From positions 1 to 64,000 of IMG/VR virus record IMGVR_UViG_3300049846_001128: DNA of 64,000 bases; one strand, given 5' to 3'. This document shows, piece by piece, positions 16,037 to 27,149 of the stretch (positions are counted from its first letter, which is position 1; every line of letters begins with the position of its first letter). The notes under the pieces are model-generated. The model worked only from the letters and a program-made list of their open reading frames with translations. It was not told the DNA's origin and searched no databases. Both the position numbers and the translations under genes were made by a program. This stretch comes from a virus.

Positions 16037-17517
16037 CCAGAAAAAATAAGGAAGTATCTGTAGATGATGCTAAAGCCTTACTATGGGAGGCTGGAGAGTT
16101 GTCTTGGAAAATGCGACCAGTTCAACAAGTTATTAAAAAAGGTATATTAGAAGATACTAATAAAATTAGTGTGGTTTTGTGCGGGCGGCGATTGGGTAAA
16201 ACAACTTTAATGTGTATCATGGCACTAGAAGAATGTCTTAAAAGAGAAGGTGCAATTGTTAAATTCATATTTCCAAGACAAAAAGATGCAAAAAGAAATA
16301 TCTTACCATTAATGCGAATGCTCTTGGAAGATTGTCCTAAATCTGTAAAACCTATTTATATGGAAGCTGATAAATGTTTTAGATTTCCACATAATAATAG
16401 TGAAATTCAATTCGCTGGTTCTGAAAATGGAAATGCAGAATCTATTAGAGGTGGATTTGCACATCTTTGCATTTTCGATGAGTGTGGTTTCGCGGATGAC
16501 GTTAAATATATAGTTAGATCAATCTTATCACCTACAGTAAAGACAACTGGAGGTAGAGTTATACTAGTTTCAACTCCACCCAGAAATCCGAATCATGAAT
16601 TTGCTACTGACTATATTTTACCTTATCAGATGGAGAATAGAATTAAAGTTTTTACCATTTATGATAATCCGAATTTTAGTCAAGCTATAGTTGATGAAAT
16701 TATTTCTGAATATCCACAAGGTATTAATGATCCCGACTTCAAACGGGAGTACCTTTGTCTCTTGGATAGAGATTCAAGTCAAGCTATTTTACCTTCTTTA
16801 ACTAATGAAGCTGAGTCTATTATTATTACGGATAAATATGAACGTCCTGCTTTTTATGATGCGTATGTCGGTTTTGATATTGGTGCTGTCGATCTTTCTG
16901 CTTTAGTATTTGGTTATTATGATTATCTAAATGCAACACTTGTAATAGAAGATGAGCTTATTTTTAGTAGAGATGTTAATACAAAAACTGTTGCTGAAGC
17001 TGTTAAAAAGAAGGAGAGTGAGCTTTGGGTAAATCCTATTGATATGTCCCCAATTCCTCCTTATATGCGAGTAGCTGATAATTCCCATTTAATTATGCTA
17101 ACTGACTTACAACGAGATTATGGTCTTACTTTTATCCCTACTAGAAAAGATAATCGTGAGGCAGCTATTAACTCCTTAGATGTGGCAATTTCTCAGCATA
17201 AAATAATAATAAATCCAAAATGCACCCATTTAATCTATCACATGAAGTTTGCAGAGTGGAATAAGACTAGAAGTGCTTTTAAACATCTTAAAGATTCTCC
17301 AAGTGGTCAAATCAAAGGTGGTCACGCCGATGCCTTGGCTGCTCTTATCTACCTTCACCGAAATGTGATTAAATCTAAAAACCCTTATCCTCACGGCTAT
17401 GGAGAAATGTCAGGCTCCCACGTATTCCAAAGCCAGCTAAAAAAAGAAGAGAACGTTGATAACTCCGTGAAATCATGGATGCAAGGAATGACATGGGGCA
17501 GAAAGCGTAAGGATTAG
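16033..17517 (+). CDS. terL: Terminase large subunit
   Basis: GRRLGKT Walker A, IFDECGF Walker B, VSTP, nuclease GFDIG and HADALAA. Confidence 0.92.
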   Translation: MTRKNKEVSVDDAKALLWEAGELSWKMRPVQQVIKKGILEDTNKISVVLCGRRLGKTTLMCIMALEECLKREGAIVKFIFPRQKDAKRNILPLMRMLLEDCPKSVKPIYMEADKCFRFPHNNSEIQFAGSENGNAESIRGGFAHLCIFDECGFADDVKYIVRSILSPTVKTTGGRVILVSTPPRNPNHEFATDYILPYQMENRIKVFTIYDNPNFSQAIVDEIISEYPQGINDPDFKREYLCLLDRDSSQAILPSLTNEAESIIITDKYERPAFYDAYVGFDIGAVDLSALVFGYYDYLNATLVIEDELIFSRDVNTKTVAEAVKKKESELWVNPIDMSPIPPYMRVADNSHLIMLTDLQRDYGLTFIPTRKDNREAAINSLDVAISQHKIIINPKCTHLIYHMKFAEWNKTRSAFKHLKDSPSGQIKGGHADALAALIYLHRNVIKSKNPYPHGYGEMSGSHVFQSQLKKEENVDNSVKSWMQGMTWGRKRKD

Positions 17518-17560
17518 ATAAAAATAGCAACCTTATATCCTAGAAACACAAGGAATTAAA

Positions 17561-19702
17561 ATGGCTTACAAGAATCAAGATACCTACTTTGCCGCTTCAG
17601 ACTCAGAAGACTTAGTTTGCTATTTAAAAGATAAGTCTGATGTATGGTTTAATAGCCTAACAGCTGGAGAATATTTAGATAAAATCAAAAGAAGCTGGCA
17701 AGCTTATTATGGATTTTATTATGAAAATAGCCACGCTATTTCCTTTGGTGGAGAATCCGGCGAACTTGTAAACCTTCCTATTAATCATTACGGTAACTTA
17801 GCTAGTCATATTTTAACTATGGTCACAGCTACTCGTCCGTCTTTTCAAGCACGTTCTGTTAATACTGATGTAAAGTCACAAATTCAGACAAATCTTGCCA
17901 ACGGTCTTCTTGAATATTACATGAGAGATAAAAGACTTGAGCAAGACTTAAAATCCGCTGTAGAATATGCTATTGTAATGGGTTCTGGTTACATTAAAAT
18001 GGAGTGGAACGCTACAACCGGAGAGATTTACGATTTTGTTGAGCCAGAGTATGCTCAAGCTGCTGACGAAATGGGACTGCCAGCTGTAGATGAAAACGGT
18101 CAGCCTATTTACGAGACTGATGAAGATGGAGAACCTGTTGTTTTACGTGAAGGTGTACCTCTTTACTCTGGAGATATTATTTACAAGGTCTTAACTCCTT
18201 TCGATGTGGTTTTTGACCCAACAAAATCAGACAATAATCACGATTGGCAGCTTGCTCGTTCATTTAAAAATAAGTTCGATTTGGCGGCAAAATACCCTGA
18301 ATTTGAAGAAAAAATCAAGAAATTAAAGACAAAATCAGATATTAACACCTCAAGAATAAGTATGACTGCTTATGATGAGACAACTGATGTTCCAGTTTAT
18401 GAGTTCTACCACAGACCCACTGAGTCTCTTCCTAAAGGTCGTTACGTTATGTACCTTGACGAAGAAGTTGTGCTAGAAGATACGGTTCTTATCTATAAAA
18501 ATCTTCCAATCTTTAGAATTGCTTCAAGAAATATAATAGGCACTCCATTTAGCTATACTGCTATGTTTGATTTACTTCCAATTCAAGACGCGGTTAATTC
18601 TTTGTACTCAACTATTATGACTAACCAGAGTACTTTTGGAGTTCAAAACGTTTATGTCGAACGTGGTTCTGATGTTCAGGTTGAGCAAATTGCTGATGGT
18701 TTAAATTTTATTCAAGGTAATCCCGGCTTTAATGCTCCAGTTCCTTTAAACTTAACTAACACTCCGGCTGAAATCTTTAACTTTGTAAAACAGCTTGAAC
18801 AAGCAATGGAAACTATTTCAGGCGTTAACTCAGTTGCTCGTGGTAATCCTGAATCTCAACTTAAGTCTGGAAATGCTTTAGCATTAATTCAGTCCCAAGC
18901 GTTGCAATTTATTTCAAGCTTGCAGCAATCGTATATTCAACTTATAGAAGACGTTGGTACAAATACAATTGAACTTCTTAAAACATTCGCCAAAGTTCCA
19001 AGAGTTGCAGCAATTGCCGGTAAAGCTAACGTTACTTATATGAAAGAGTTCACTTCAGACGACCTTTCTTCTATTTCTCGCGTTATTGTTGACGCTGGTA
19101 ACGCTTTAGCTCAAACTACCGCTGGTCGAGTAGAAATGGCTTCTCAAATGATGCAAATGGGTATTATTACAACCCCAGAGCAATATATTTCTGTTATTAA
19201 CACCGGCAAATTGGAAACAATGACCGAAGGACAAAACAAGGAGCTTTTGCTTGTTAGAGCTGAAAGAGAACGCCTCGTGGATGGTACAACTCCCGTGGTG
19301 GCTGTACTCACTGATGCTCATTCATTGCATATTAGAGAGCATAAGGCTGTGCTTGCTGATCCTGACTTACGTATGGATGCAGAGCTGGTTCAGCGAACCC
19401 TTGCACATATCCAAGAGCACATTAATATCCTCTCTGACCCTAATGTGGCTAATATTCTTACTATGCTAGGTGAGCAGCCTCTTGGTCCAGTCGGAGGTAC
19501 TCCTCCTGCTCCTGAGAATGCAGCTCCTGCTCAACCTAATCAACAAGGTCAAGAAGAGATTGCAGCACTTCAAGCAAATCCACAAGCTCAGTCAGTGTCT
19601 GTTCAGGAAAACCAAGGTCCATTGCCTTCTCCTGCTCAACCTCCAGCGGTAACTGATGCTCAAGGCAACCCAGTCCCTCAACCGACAACACCGGGAGTAT
19701 AA
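17561..19702 (+). CDS. Portal protein (P22-like)
   Basis: 713 aa after TerL; LLPIQDAVN, ETISGVNSVARG, SGNALAL motifs; Pro/Gln-rich tail. Confidence 0.85.
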   Translation: MAYKNQDTYFAASDSEDLVCYLKDKSDVWFNSLTAGEYLDKIKRSWQAYYGFYYENSHAISFGGESGELVNLPINHYGNLASHILTMVTATRPSFQARSVNTDVKSQIQTNLANGLLEYYMRDKRLEQDLKSAVEYAIVMGSGYIKMEWNATTGEIYDFVEPEYAQAADEMGLPAVDENGQPIYETDEDGEPVVLREGVPLYSGDIIYKVLTPFDVVFDPTKSDNNHDWQLARSFKNKFDLAAKYPEFEEKIKKLKTKSDINTSRISMTAYDETTDVPVYEFYHRPTESLPKGRYVMYLDEEVVLEDTVLIYKNLPIFRIASRNIIGTPFSYTAMFDLLPIQDAVNSLYSTIMTNQSTFGVQNVYVERGSDVQVEQIADGLNFIQGNPGFNAPVPLNLTNTPAEIFNFVKQLEQAMETISGVNSVARGNPESQLKSGNALALIQSQALQFISSLQQSYIQLIEDVGTNTIELLKTFAKVPRVAAIAGKANVTYMKEFTSDDLSSISRVIVDAGNALAQTTAGRVEMASQMMQMGIITTPEQYISVINTGKLETMTEGQNKELLLVRAERERLVDGTTPVVAVLTDAHSLHIREHKAVLADPDLRMDAELVQRTLAHIQEHINILSDPNVANILTMLGEQPLGPVGGTPPAPENAAPAQPNQQGQEEIAALQANPQAQSVSVQENQGPLPSPAQPPAVTDAQGNPVPQPTTPGV

Positions 19703-19703
19703 A

Positions 19704-19877
19704 GTGCCAGCTAAAAGTAGGAAGCAGTTTAAGTTTATGAAAGCGGCAGAAAACAATCCAGAATTTGCTAAAAAAGTTGGAATTGAACCTGAAGTAGCTG
19801 CGGAGTTTACAAAAGAAAATGTAGGTAAAAAAAGATTTGCAAAACTTAAGGAGAGAGTAAATGGTAAAAGAAAATAA
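19704..19877 (+). CDS. Small conserved phage protein (MPAKSxKQ..FM..A...FAKKVGI)
   Basis: GTG start at 19704 with GGGAG RBS. Confidence 0.65.
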   Translation: MPAKSRKQFKFMKAAENNPEFAKKVGIEPEVAAEFTKENVGKKRFAKLKERVNGKRK

Positions 19878-20046
19878 AAAAAATTTATGGCAGCAAATGG
19901 GAAGAGATGTTTCTGAAGACGAAGAAATGGAAAACTCTAAGCCTTATGACTGGTCTAAATTAAAATCTAGACTAATCGGTGATAAAAATACAGCAGATAC
20001 TGCTACTGAAGAAATTGAGAAGTTAAAGAAAAAACAAAATTATTAA
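19861..20046 (+). CDS. Hypothetical protein
   Basis: ORF; AGGAG RBS. Confidence 0.6.
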   Translation: MVKENKKNLWQQMGRDVSEDEEMENSKPYDWSKLKSRLIGDKNTADTATEEIEKLKKKQNY

Positions 20047-20121
20047 TATAATAAACAAGACTTATCCCAATAACGGGACAGTCACAAATGCCATACCTAT
20101 ATGATTGGCAAGGAGAATGTT

Positions 20122-21084
20122 ATGTCAGAAGAAAGTTCAGCACCAGAATCAGCAGAGATTTCACAAGAGTCGGCGGAAGCCGCTCCTCAAGAGCATCAAG
20201 CCGAGCAATCTGGCGAAGCTCAAGGTGAACAACAACAGCTACAAGACGCAGTAGAAACTGCACTTGCTAATGGTGCTTCAGAAAAAGAAGTAAAAAATTT
20301 AATCAAAGAATTCCAGTTAAAAGTCAATGGCAAAACCATTTCTAAAAAGATTGATTTGTCCGATGAAGCGGCTCTTAAAAACGAACTTCAACTTTCTGCT
20401 GCAGCTCGTCAAGCTATGCAAGAGGCAGCTAATCTTAAAAAATTATACGAGAAGGAAGTAGGTCGTCTTAAGCAAAACCCTTGGGAAGTTCTACAAGAAC
20501 TTGGAATGGACCCTGATGAGTTGGCTGAACTTCGTATTCAATCTAGAATCGAAGAGATGAAAAAATCACCAGAGCAGCTTGAGCGTGAAAGAATTCAAAA
20601 AGAACTTCAAGAAGCTCGCGAAGAAGCCAAGCGTTTAAAAGAAGAGCGTGAAGCTGAAAATTTTGAAAAACTAAAGCAACAAGCTGCTATTCAAATTGAA
20701 AATGAAATCGAAGCCGCTCTTGACGCGCATAAAACTCTTCCAAAATCTCGTCACATTGTTAAGCGTATTGCTGACTCTCTTCTTTGGGCTATGGATCAAG
20801 GATATGAGGACGCTACAGTTGAAGACGTTCTTCCAATGGTTGAAAAGGAGTGGAGAGATGAGATGAGTAGGCTTATGGATGATTCTTCTGAGGATATTCT
20901 CGAGCAACTTATCGGGCAAAGAAACATTGAAAGACTTCGCGCTAAGAGACTGGCTGGAATGAATCAAGCTCCTAAGACTGCTGCCGCTGTTAAATCTACA
21001 GCAGCTTCAATCCAAAAGCAAGAGCAAACTCCGGCTCAAAAGATGAAACAGCGTGATTTTTTCCGCTCACTAGGCAAAAAATAA
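20122..21084 (+). CDS. Capsid scaffolding protein
   Basis: Acidic N-terminus, KVNG motif, coiled coil, located between portal and MCP; start at MSEES with AGGAG RBS. Confidence 0.75.
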   Translation: MSEESSAPESAEISQESAEAAPQEHQAEQSGEAQGEQQQLQDAVETALANGASEKEVKNLIKEFQLKVNGKTISKKIDLSDEAALKNELQLSAAARQAMQEAANLKKLYEKEVGRLKQNPWEVLQELGMDPDELAELRIQSRIEEMKKSPEQLERERIQKELQEAREEAKRLKEEREAENFEKLKQQAAIQIENEIEAALDAHKTLPKSRHIVKRIADSLLWAMDQGYEDATVEDVLPMVEKEWRDEMSRLMDDSSEDILEQLIGQRNIERLRAKRLAGMNQAPKTAAAVKSTAASIQKQEQTPAQKMKQRDFFRSLGKK

Positions 21085-21293
21085 ATACTAGTAAGTATTT
21101 GAAATTAGGCTAATTATTAATTTTTATAGGTGCTAAGCTAGGAAAATACTTGACTTAGCACCCTTATGTTATAGACGAGCATTTACTAACTTGTATGTCT
21201 CTGGAATATCGAAGGACTTCTAGACAAACTGCTAGCCAAAGAATGTAAGGCTAAAAAAATAAACAAAACAAACAAAAACAAGGAAATCAATTT

Positions 21294-22553
21294 ATGTCAC
21301 AACCAAATACCGTTACTACACTTGACGGTCACTTTAAAGAAGTTTATGCTTCAAAAATCAAAGACCTAGTACCTGAAGGCATGAAAATGCTTAAGATGGC
21401 TGAATTCTCAGCTGCTGAAAAACTTCTTGGTAATCTTTACCACCAGCCAATCGTTCTTGGTTTAGAGCATGGCTTTACTTACGGCGGTTCAGCTGGGGAT
21501 GCATTCCTTCTTAACGCTGCTATCGCTTCTCCAAACCGTGATGCTCAAGTTAAAGGTCACGAGCTAGTTCTAGTTTCTGCTATCTCAGTTGGTGCAGCTT
21601 CTCGTTCTATCTCTTCTAAAGGTGCTTTCGAGCAAGAAACTAAGCGTCTTGTTCAAAACATGCTTAAATCAACTCAAATCCGTATGGAAATTCAATTGAT
21701 GTACGGTCAAGTTGGTATTGCTAAAGTTGAGTCAGTTTCTGGTAATATCATCGCTATCCACGCTCACGAGTGGGCTGCTGGTATCTGGTCTGGTTCTAAA
21801 AATGCTGCTCTAGAAATTCGCTCTTCTGCTGGTACTCTTCGCGGTTACTGTAACGTTGTTAAGCCAAATCTTACAGATAAGACTGTAGAAGTTGACCTAG
21901 TTCCAGTTGGTGTTTCTAGTGATTCTGATCCTGAGAACTCAGCTGCTGATATTATCTACTTCAAAGGTTCTTACAGCAAAGAATTCGCGGGTCTTCATAA
22001 GATGATTGAAAACACTGGCACAATCTTTAACGTAGATGCTTCTGAATTTGATCTTTTCAAAGGTAACACTTTAGAAATGGGAACAAACGCTCACTCTGGT
22101 CGTGCTGTTCTTACTTTCGCTAAAGTAGAAGAGTCTATCGCTGCTTCTATGGAAAAAGGTCTTACTGAAGAAGACGTAGTATGTCTAGTTAACCCTAAAG
22201 TTTGGTCTGCTCTTCTTGCTGAGCAAGCTGCTAAGCGTCAATACGACAGCTCTTACAGCTCTGATAAAATGGAAAACGGTGCTAAGTCTCTAGTTTTCTA
22301 CAGCCAGAATGGTAAGATTGAAATCCACGCTTCTTTATTCTGTAAAGAAGGTTATGCTTATGTATTCCCTCCAAGCGAGCTTGAGCGTATCGGTTCTTCT
22401 GACATTACTTTTGAAAGACCGGGCTTTCCGGGCAAATTCTTCAAAGAAATGGAATCTGCTAACGGATACGAACTTCGTTGTTACTCTGACCAAGCGTTGT
22501 TTTCTGCAGCAATTGGTAAATTGACAATGATCAAGTACATTAAGCCATCTTAA
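21294..22553 (+). CDS. Major capsid protein
   Basis: 419 aa, highly biased codon usage, after scaffold and followed by a terminator. Confidence 0.85.
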   Translation: MSQPNTVTTLDGHFKEVYASKIKDLVPEGMKMLKMAEFSAAEKLLGNLYHQPIVLGLEHGFTYGGSAGDAFLLNAAIASPNRDAQVKGHELVLVSAISVGAASRSISSKGAFEQETKRLVQNMLKSTQIRMEIQLMYGQVGIAKVESVSGNIIAIHAHEWAAGIWSGSKNAALEIRSSAGTLRGYCNVVKPNLTDKTVEVDLVPVGVSSDSDPENSAADIIYFKGSYSKEFAGLHKMIENTGTIFNVDASEFDLFKGNTLEMGTNAHSGRAVLTFAKVEESIAASMEKGLTEEDVVCLVNPKVWSALLAEQAAKRQYDSSYSSDKMENGAKSLVFYSQNGKIEIHASLFCKEGYAYVFPPSELERIGSSDITFERPGFPGKFFKEMESANGYELRCYSDQALFSAAIGKLTMIKYIKPS

Positions 22554-22580
22554 TAGTATTTTCAGGTATTTATCCTACCA

Positions 22581-22607
22581 AGGGGAGCCATTCTGGCTCC
22601 CTTTTTT
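22581..22607 (+). terminator. Rho-independent terminator
   Basis: GGGAGCCA-TTC-TGGCTCCC followed by a T-run. Confidence 0.9.
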
Positions 22608-22658
22608 ATTTTAACTCTTTTGTTGAAATAACAACCTTATATACTAGGAGAGATTAAT

Positions 22659-23132
22659 ATGCCTAAAAATTTAACCGTCGGTAGTGAGGTTTTTGAATTC
22701 CCTCTAGAAGGAGAGAATGCGGGTTATGGCTCAGAGGTTACAGATTGGGCTGAGGCAGTATCCGATGCTTTATCTACCGTTCAAAAACCAAATGATATTC
22801 TTCTAACAACAGCTTCAATTTCAAACAGTGCTACAAGCTTTACTAACATACCGGGATTTTCATTCTCGACTGCAGAAGTAAAAGCAATTCAGTGTAGATA
22901 TTTTGTATCTAGAATTACAACAACTCCATCGGCTAATCTTACAGAAGTAGGCTATATAGAAGGCTACTATGACGGAGCTAATTGGGGAATTTCTATTCGT
23001 ACAACAGGTGACGCTAAAATATATTTACAAATTTTACCATCAGGTCAAATGCAATATAAAGTTGATTCATTGCCGGGTGCAACTCACGTTGGACAGATAA
23101 AATTTGAAGCCAAAGTTATCAATAACACATAA
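22659..23132 (+). CDS. Virion structural protein
   Basis: C-terminus resembles that of 27150-28613 (GQMQY vs GQVQY, IKFEA vs IKFRA). Confidence 0.6.
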   Translation: MPKNLTVGSEVFEFPLEGENAGYGSEVTDWAEAVSDALSTVQKPNDILLTTASISNSATSFTNIPGFSFSTAEVKAIQCRYFVSRITTTPSANLTEVGYIEGYYDGANWGISIRTTGDAKIYLQILPSGQMQYKVDSLPGATHVGQIKFEAKVINNT

Positions 23133-23143
23133 AGGATAGTGCC

Positions 23144-26137
23144 ATGTCATTAAAGAAAACTCGTTTTCGCAAGGGTGTAATTGTAGCTCCAGATACAGAC
23201 GCTTTAGAGGGAATTGAAGGTGAAATTAAGGTAGATTCTGCTGATAAAAAAATAAAGACTACTTTAGACTCAGCTTCTAGAGAAATTGTTACTAACTCCC
23301 AAGCGCAAACTCTAACTAACAAGACATTAACATCTCCTGTTTTAAATGGAGACTTAACTGGCACAGCAATTGATACTGATACGTCCCTTTCTGCTAACTC
23401 TGACACTAAAGTTGCTTCTCAAAAAGCAGTTAAAGCTTATATTGACGCTGGCTTGGCTTCTCAAAACGATGCTTCTGAAATTGTAGTTGTCCCAGCTGGA
23501 ACCATTGCTTCTACGAATGTGCAAGATGCGCTAGAGGAACTTGATGGAGATATTCAAGCACACCTTTCAGATACTGTAGACGCGCACGACGCTTCTACTA
23601 TTTCGATTGTTGACGCTGGCGGTAATTTCACAAGCACTGAAGTTGAAGGTGCTTTGGCTGAATCTATGGACGCAGCTCAAGCTGCTCAAGCAGATGCGAC
23701 TCAGGCTATTGCCGACGCTGCTGCGGCTCAGTCTGACATTGACAATCACATTGCTGACATTTCTGACGCACATGACGCTTCTGCCATTTCAAATATCCCA
23801 GCAGGGAACTTAGCTGCTACTGACGTACAAGGAGCTTTAAACGAGCTTCAAACTGACGTTGACGCAAGACAGCCAACAATAACTGGCGCGGCTACAACAA
23901 TTACAAGTTCTGATTTAACAGCTTCAAGAGCAGTGGTTTCAGACGGCTCTGGTAAAATTGCAGCATCGTCTACCACCTCCACAGAAATTGGTTACGTTTC
24001 AGGTGTAACTTCAGCAATTCAAACACAATTAAACGCCAAAGTAAGTTCTTCTGGCGGAACTTTAACCAATGGATCTGTTGTAACTCCGACAAGGCTTGAC
24101 GTAAAACAAGATACAAAAGCTAATTTACTCACTTACGCAGCGTCAGCAACAAACGGACAATTAGTTTTCGCAACTGATGAAAAGAAAATGTACCAAGTTG
24201 TGGACAACGCTCTTGTCTCTGTTGGCGGAGGTTCAGCCTCCTTGGAAACAATTTTCCAACTTTTAGCCGAGGAAGAAATTACAGACTGGGCTACTGGGGA
24301 CAACGCTACGTTTCTTGGCGGAGGAACTCTCTCTGGTACGTTTGTAAAAAATACTACCAACCCGCTTCAGGGCGATGCCGATTATAAATACACTCAAGCT
24401 GCAGGTTCTTTAAACGACTACTTAGCTTCTCCGGCGCAGGACGTTGATCCTCGCTTTCGTGGCAAAGAAGTTACTCTATTCTTCCCTTACACTTATGACG
24501 GAGCTAATGACGACATTGAAGTAATTTTCTACGATGTTACAAACGCCGCTATAATTCCAAGCTCAGCTTACATTCAAGCTGCTGCAAGCGTTACAATGTT
24601 CAAAACTAATATTGTAATTCCTTCCACTTGTGCCAGCATTAGGGTGGGTTTCCAAGTTAAGGTATTAAACTCAACCAAGATATTTGTATTTGACTCGGTT
24701 CAACTAAGCTCAGACACTACAATCTACGCTGATATTGCTAACATTTCAGATTGGGAAGCATACACTCCTACTTTAACAGGTTTTGGAACCGCTACGTCCG
24801 TAGAATTTGAATGGAGAAGAGTTGGAGATAGTATTGAAATTAGAGGAAAGTGGACTTCTGGTACTTCAACCGCAACAGAAGCTAGGATTAGCTTACCTAA
24901 TAGCTATACTTCCGCCAACACTATTAAAATACCTTCGTTAAAAATAGCAGGTTGGGGGGGACGCACTTCCACAAGTTCTACGTATTTTGGAAGTATTTCA
25001 ACTTTAATTGAACCTAGTGTACAGTATTTAACGCTAGGGCATGGCACTAGTTCAAACTCACCTTTAGGAAAACGCAATGGCTCAGACCTTATGAGTTCTG
25101 GACAGTCTGCCTCTATATTTGCCACAATTCCGGTAGCAGGACTTATATCTTCTAACTCCAACATTCTAACAGCTCCTGAAACATTCTCTACCGACACAGC
25201 TCCGCTTACTTACGCAGGCTCTGGCTCATACACGCTTTCTACTCTAGCTAATGCTCCAGTAGGTACGTACATTACATTTACGTATGCGATTAATACAAAC
25301 ACTAGAACGCAGACTACTACAGCGCCTACGCAAACTACTAGTGATATGAATACTAATGGTATTCTTTTGTATTCAAGACCATATAACGCTGCTAGTACAG
25401 CGGCTCAACCTACTGCGATTGCTATTCAGATTGGTAAGGGGTTAAAGGGCGTAAGTCTTAATCTATATAAAAGTACGGGAAAGACAACAAGTGGTACAAT
25501 TGATTCTTTAGAATTGTCAACTGGTACTATCGCTTATGGTTTAGATTATAAAGATTACAATGAAAGTACGGGTATTTTAATTTTAGATGCTGGTGTAAAC
25601 TCGACTGCAGTAACAAATAAAACCTTTAGATACTCCGATGTTACAACCCAAACCTCTGGCTATCTCGTAATCAACGCAAGCAAAAACCCCGCTTTAACTG
25701 GCTTGAATATTAATGCGGTAGGTGCTAGATATACAAGCACTTCAGGTCAAGCTATTGGAAATTCTGCTACGCTAATTACGTATGAGACTAAAGTAGCAGA
25801 TACTCACGGAGCTTATAATTCTGGGGTCTACACAGTTCCAGAGACTGGTTGGTATCAGATTAATGCAAGCTATCAGACAGGTACTTCGGTCACAATAAGC
25901 ACCACGGCTTCTACCTTTATATGGATGTATATAGACGGTGCGAACTACAAGACTAGTTTCGTAAGGGGCAACGGCGCATCTACAACTTACGGTGTCCACA
26001 TTAGTGAGAGTGTATATCTTAGGAAAAATCAAACAGTGTCTATTTACGGGTCTAGTAGCGTCGCCACTACCGCCTCCACAGGTATTTCAGCTAACGCTTT
26101 TTCAATTGTTAAGACATCTACAGGAACAGGTAACTAA
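23144..26137 (+). CDS. Tail fibre / receptor-binding protein
   Basis: QTLTNKTLTSP, HDASAIS..AATDVQGAL repeats, Ser/Thr-rich beta domains, C1q-like C-terminus. Confidence 0.75.
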   Translation: MSLKKTRFRKGVIVAPDTDALEGIEGEIKVDSADKKIKTTLDSASREIVTNSQAQTLTNKTLTSPVLNGDLTGTAIDTDTSLSANSDTKVASQKAVKAYIDAGLASQNDASEIVVVPAGTIASTNVQDALEELDGDIQAHLSDTVDAHDASTISIVDAGGNFTSTEVEGALAESMDAAQAAQADATQAIADAAAAQSDIDNHIADISDAHDASAISNIPAGNLAATDVQGALNELQTDVDARQPTITGAATTITSSDLTASRAVVSDGSGKIAASSTTSTEIGYVSGVTSAIQTQLNAKVSSSGGTLTNGSVVTPTRLDVKQDTKANLLTYAASATNGQLVFATDEKKMYQVVDNALVSVGGGSASLETIFQLLAEEEITDWATGDNATFLGGGTLSGTFVKNTTNPLQGDADYKYTQAAGSLNDYLASPAQDVDPRFRGKEVTLFFPYTYDGANDDIEVIFYDVTNAAIIPSSAYIQAAASVTMFKTNIVIPSTCASIRVGFQVKVLNSTKIFVFDSVQLSSDTTIYADIANISDWEAYTPTLTGFGTATSVEFEWRRVGDSIEIRGKWTSGTSTATEARISLPNSYTSANTIKIPSLKIAGWGGRTSTSSTYFGSISTLIEPSVQYLTLGHGTSSNSPLGKRNGSDLMSSGQSASIFATIPVAGLISSNSNILTAPETFSTDTAPLTYAGSGSYTLSTLANAPVGTYITFTYAINTNTRTQTTTAPTQTTSDMNTNGILLYSRPYNAASTAAQPTAIAIQIGKGLKGVSLNLYKSTGKTTSGTIDSLELSTGTIAYGLDYKDYNESTGILILDAGVNSTAVTNKTFRYSDVTTQTSGYLVINASKNPALTGLNINAVGARYTSTSGQAIGNSATLITYETKVADTHGAYNSGVYTVPETGWYQINASYQTGTSVTISTTASTFIWMYIDGANYKTSFVRGNGASTTYGVHISESVYLRKNQTVSIYGSSSVATTASTGISANAFSIVKTSTGTGN

Positions 26138-26139
26138 TT

Positions 26140-26547
26140 ATGATTAAAATATCCATCATCAAAAACGCACAAGTTACTAACCAAGCCTCTTTCCCAACCA
26201 TGGAAGAGGCTCAAGCTTGGCTTGATAAGCACGAAGGAATGGGAACGTTTGGTCAGAAAGCTCAAACTATTATGCAACAAGTTGAGATTTTTCCAGCTGT
26301 TGTGGATGAGTCGGGAAAAGAAATAAGTCCTGCTCAGTTTGAGACTCAATCTTTTGATATTCCAGGTTATGTTGTTGAAATTACTGATATAAGTGCTCAA
26401 TTAAGTCAAGAAGCTATAAATAAAGAAGCTTTAGAGTATTTAGCAAATACAGACTGGATGGTAACTAGAAGCATGGAAACTGGCGTTGAAGTTCCTGCTG
26501 AAATTAAGGCAGAAAGGGCTGCGGCAAGGGCTAGAATTATTCGCTAA
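26140..26547 (+). CDS. Tail fibre assembly/chaperone-like protein
   Basis: EALEYLANTDWMVTR..ETG..VPAEIKAERAAAR motif directly after the fibre gene. Confidence 0.65.
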   Translation: MIKISIIKNAQVTNQASFPTMEEAQAWLDKHEGMGTFGQKAQTIMQQVEIFPAVVDESGKEISPAQFETQSFDIPGYVVEITDISAQLSQEAINKEALEYLANTDWMVTRSMETGVEVPAEIKAERAAARARIIR

Positions 26548-26576
26548 TAATTACTTTCCCGGCAACCTTATAGTGT

Positions 26577-26843
26577 ATGAAAGCTTGGCTTCAAAAACTA
26601 ATAAATGCAGCGCATGAAAAAGGACTACCACTACCAATGATAAGAAATCATGGAGTTGGCTCAGTATCTTTAACCTTGCTATGGATTTCCAGTGTTTTTA
26701 TTATACTAGCCTTGCTTCAAATCGGTAAGATTAGCTTTTGGGAAAGTTTAGCGTGGCATGTTACTTCGGCGGTACTTTATTATAACAGAAGTGCCAAGAT
26801 TTCAAAAGATGGCATAGAACTTTCTGGAGAAACTAAAGAATGA
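26577..26843 (+). CDS. Small membrane protein (holin candidate)
   Basis: Two hydrophobic segments, charged C-terminus. Confidence 0.5.
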   Translation: MKAWLQKLINAAHEKGLPLPMIRNHGVGSVSLTLLWISSVFIILALLQIGKISFWESLAWHVTSAVLYYNRSAKISKDGIELSGETKE

Positions 26844-27139
26844 GTATTTATAAAAAAGTAGGGTTTGGAGATAATGGTTCTAGTGGAGGCTCATCAACAC
26901 CGTTCTCTTTTAACTTCTCTTCAACAGAATGGACTATTGACGGTAGCTTGGCATATATAACAGTTGCACAAGCTACTCATTTAAAGGGTTTTTTTCCAAC
27001 TGTTGAAGTGTATGAAATAGTTTCGTTTAACTTAGAAAAAATAAACACAGAGGTTATTTTGAACGCCTCTGGAGATGTAACAATACAAGTATCATTCATA
27101 CCAGACTTAAGATTTTCTGGTAAATTAATAATTTCATAG
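26840..27139 (+). CDS. Small beta-rich structural protein
   Basis: ORF in the structural operon. Confidence 0.6.
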   Translation: MSIYKKVGFGDNGSSGGSSTPFSFNFSSTEWTIDGSLAYITVAQATHLKGFFPTVEVYEIVSFNLEKINTEVILNASGDVTIQVSFIPDLRFSGKLIIS

Positions 27140-27149
27140 GGAGAGAGAT

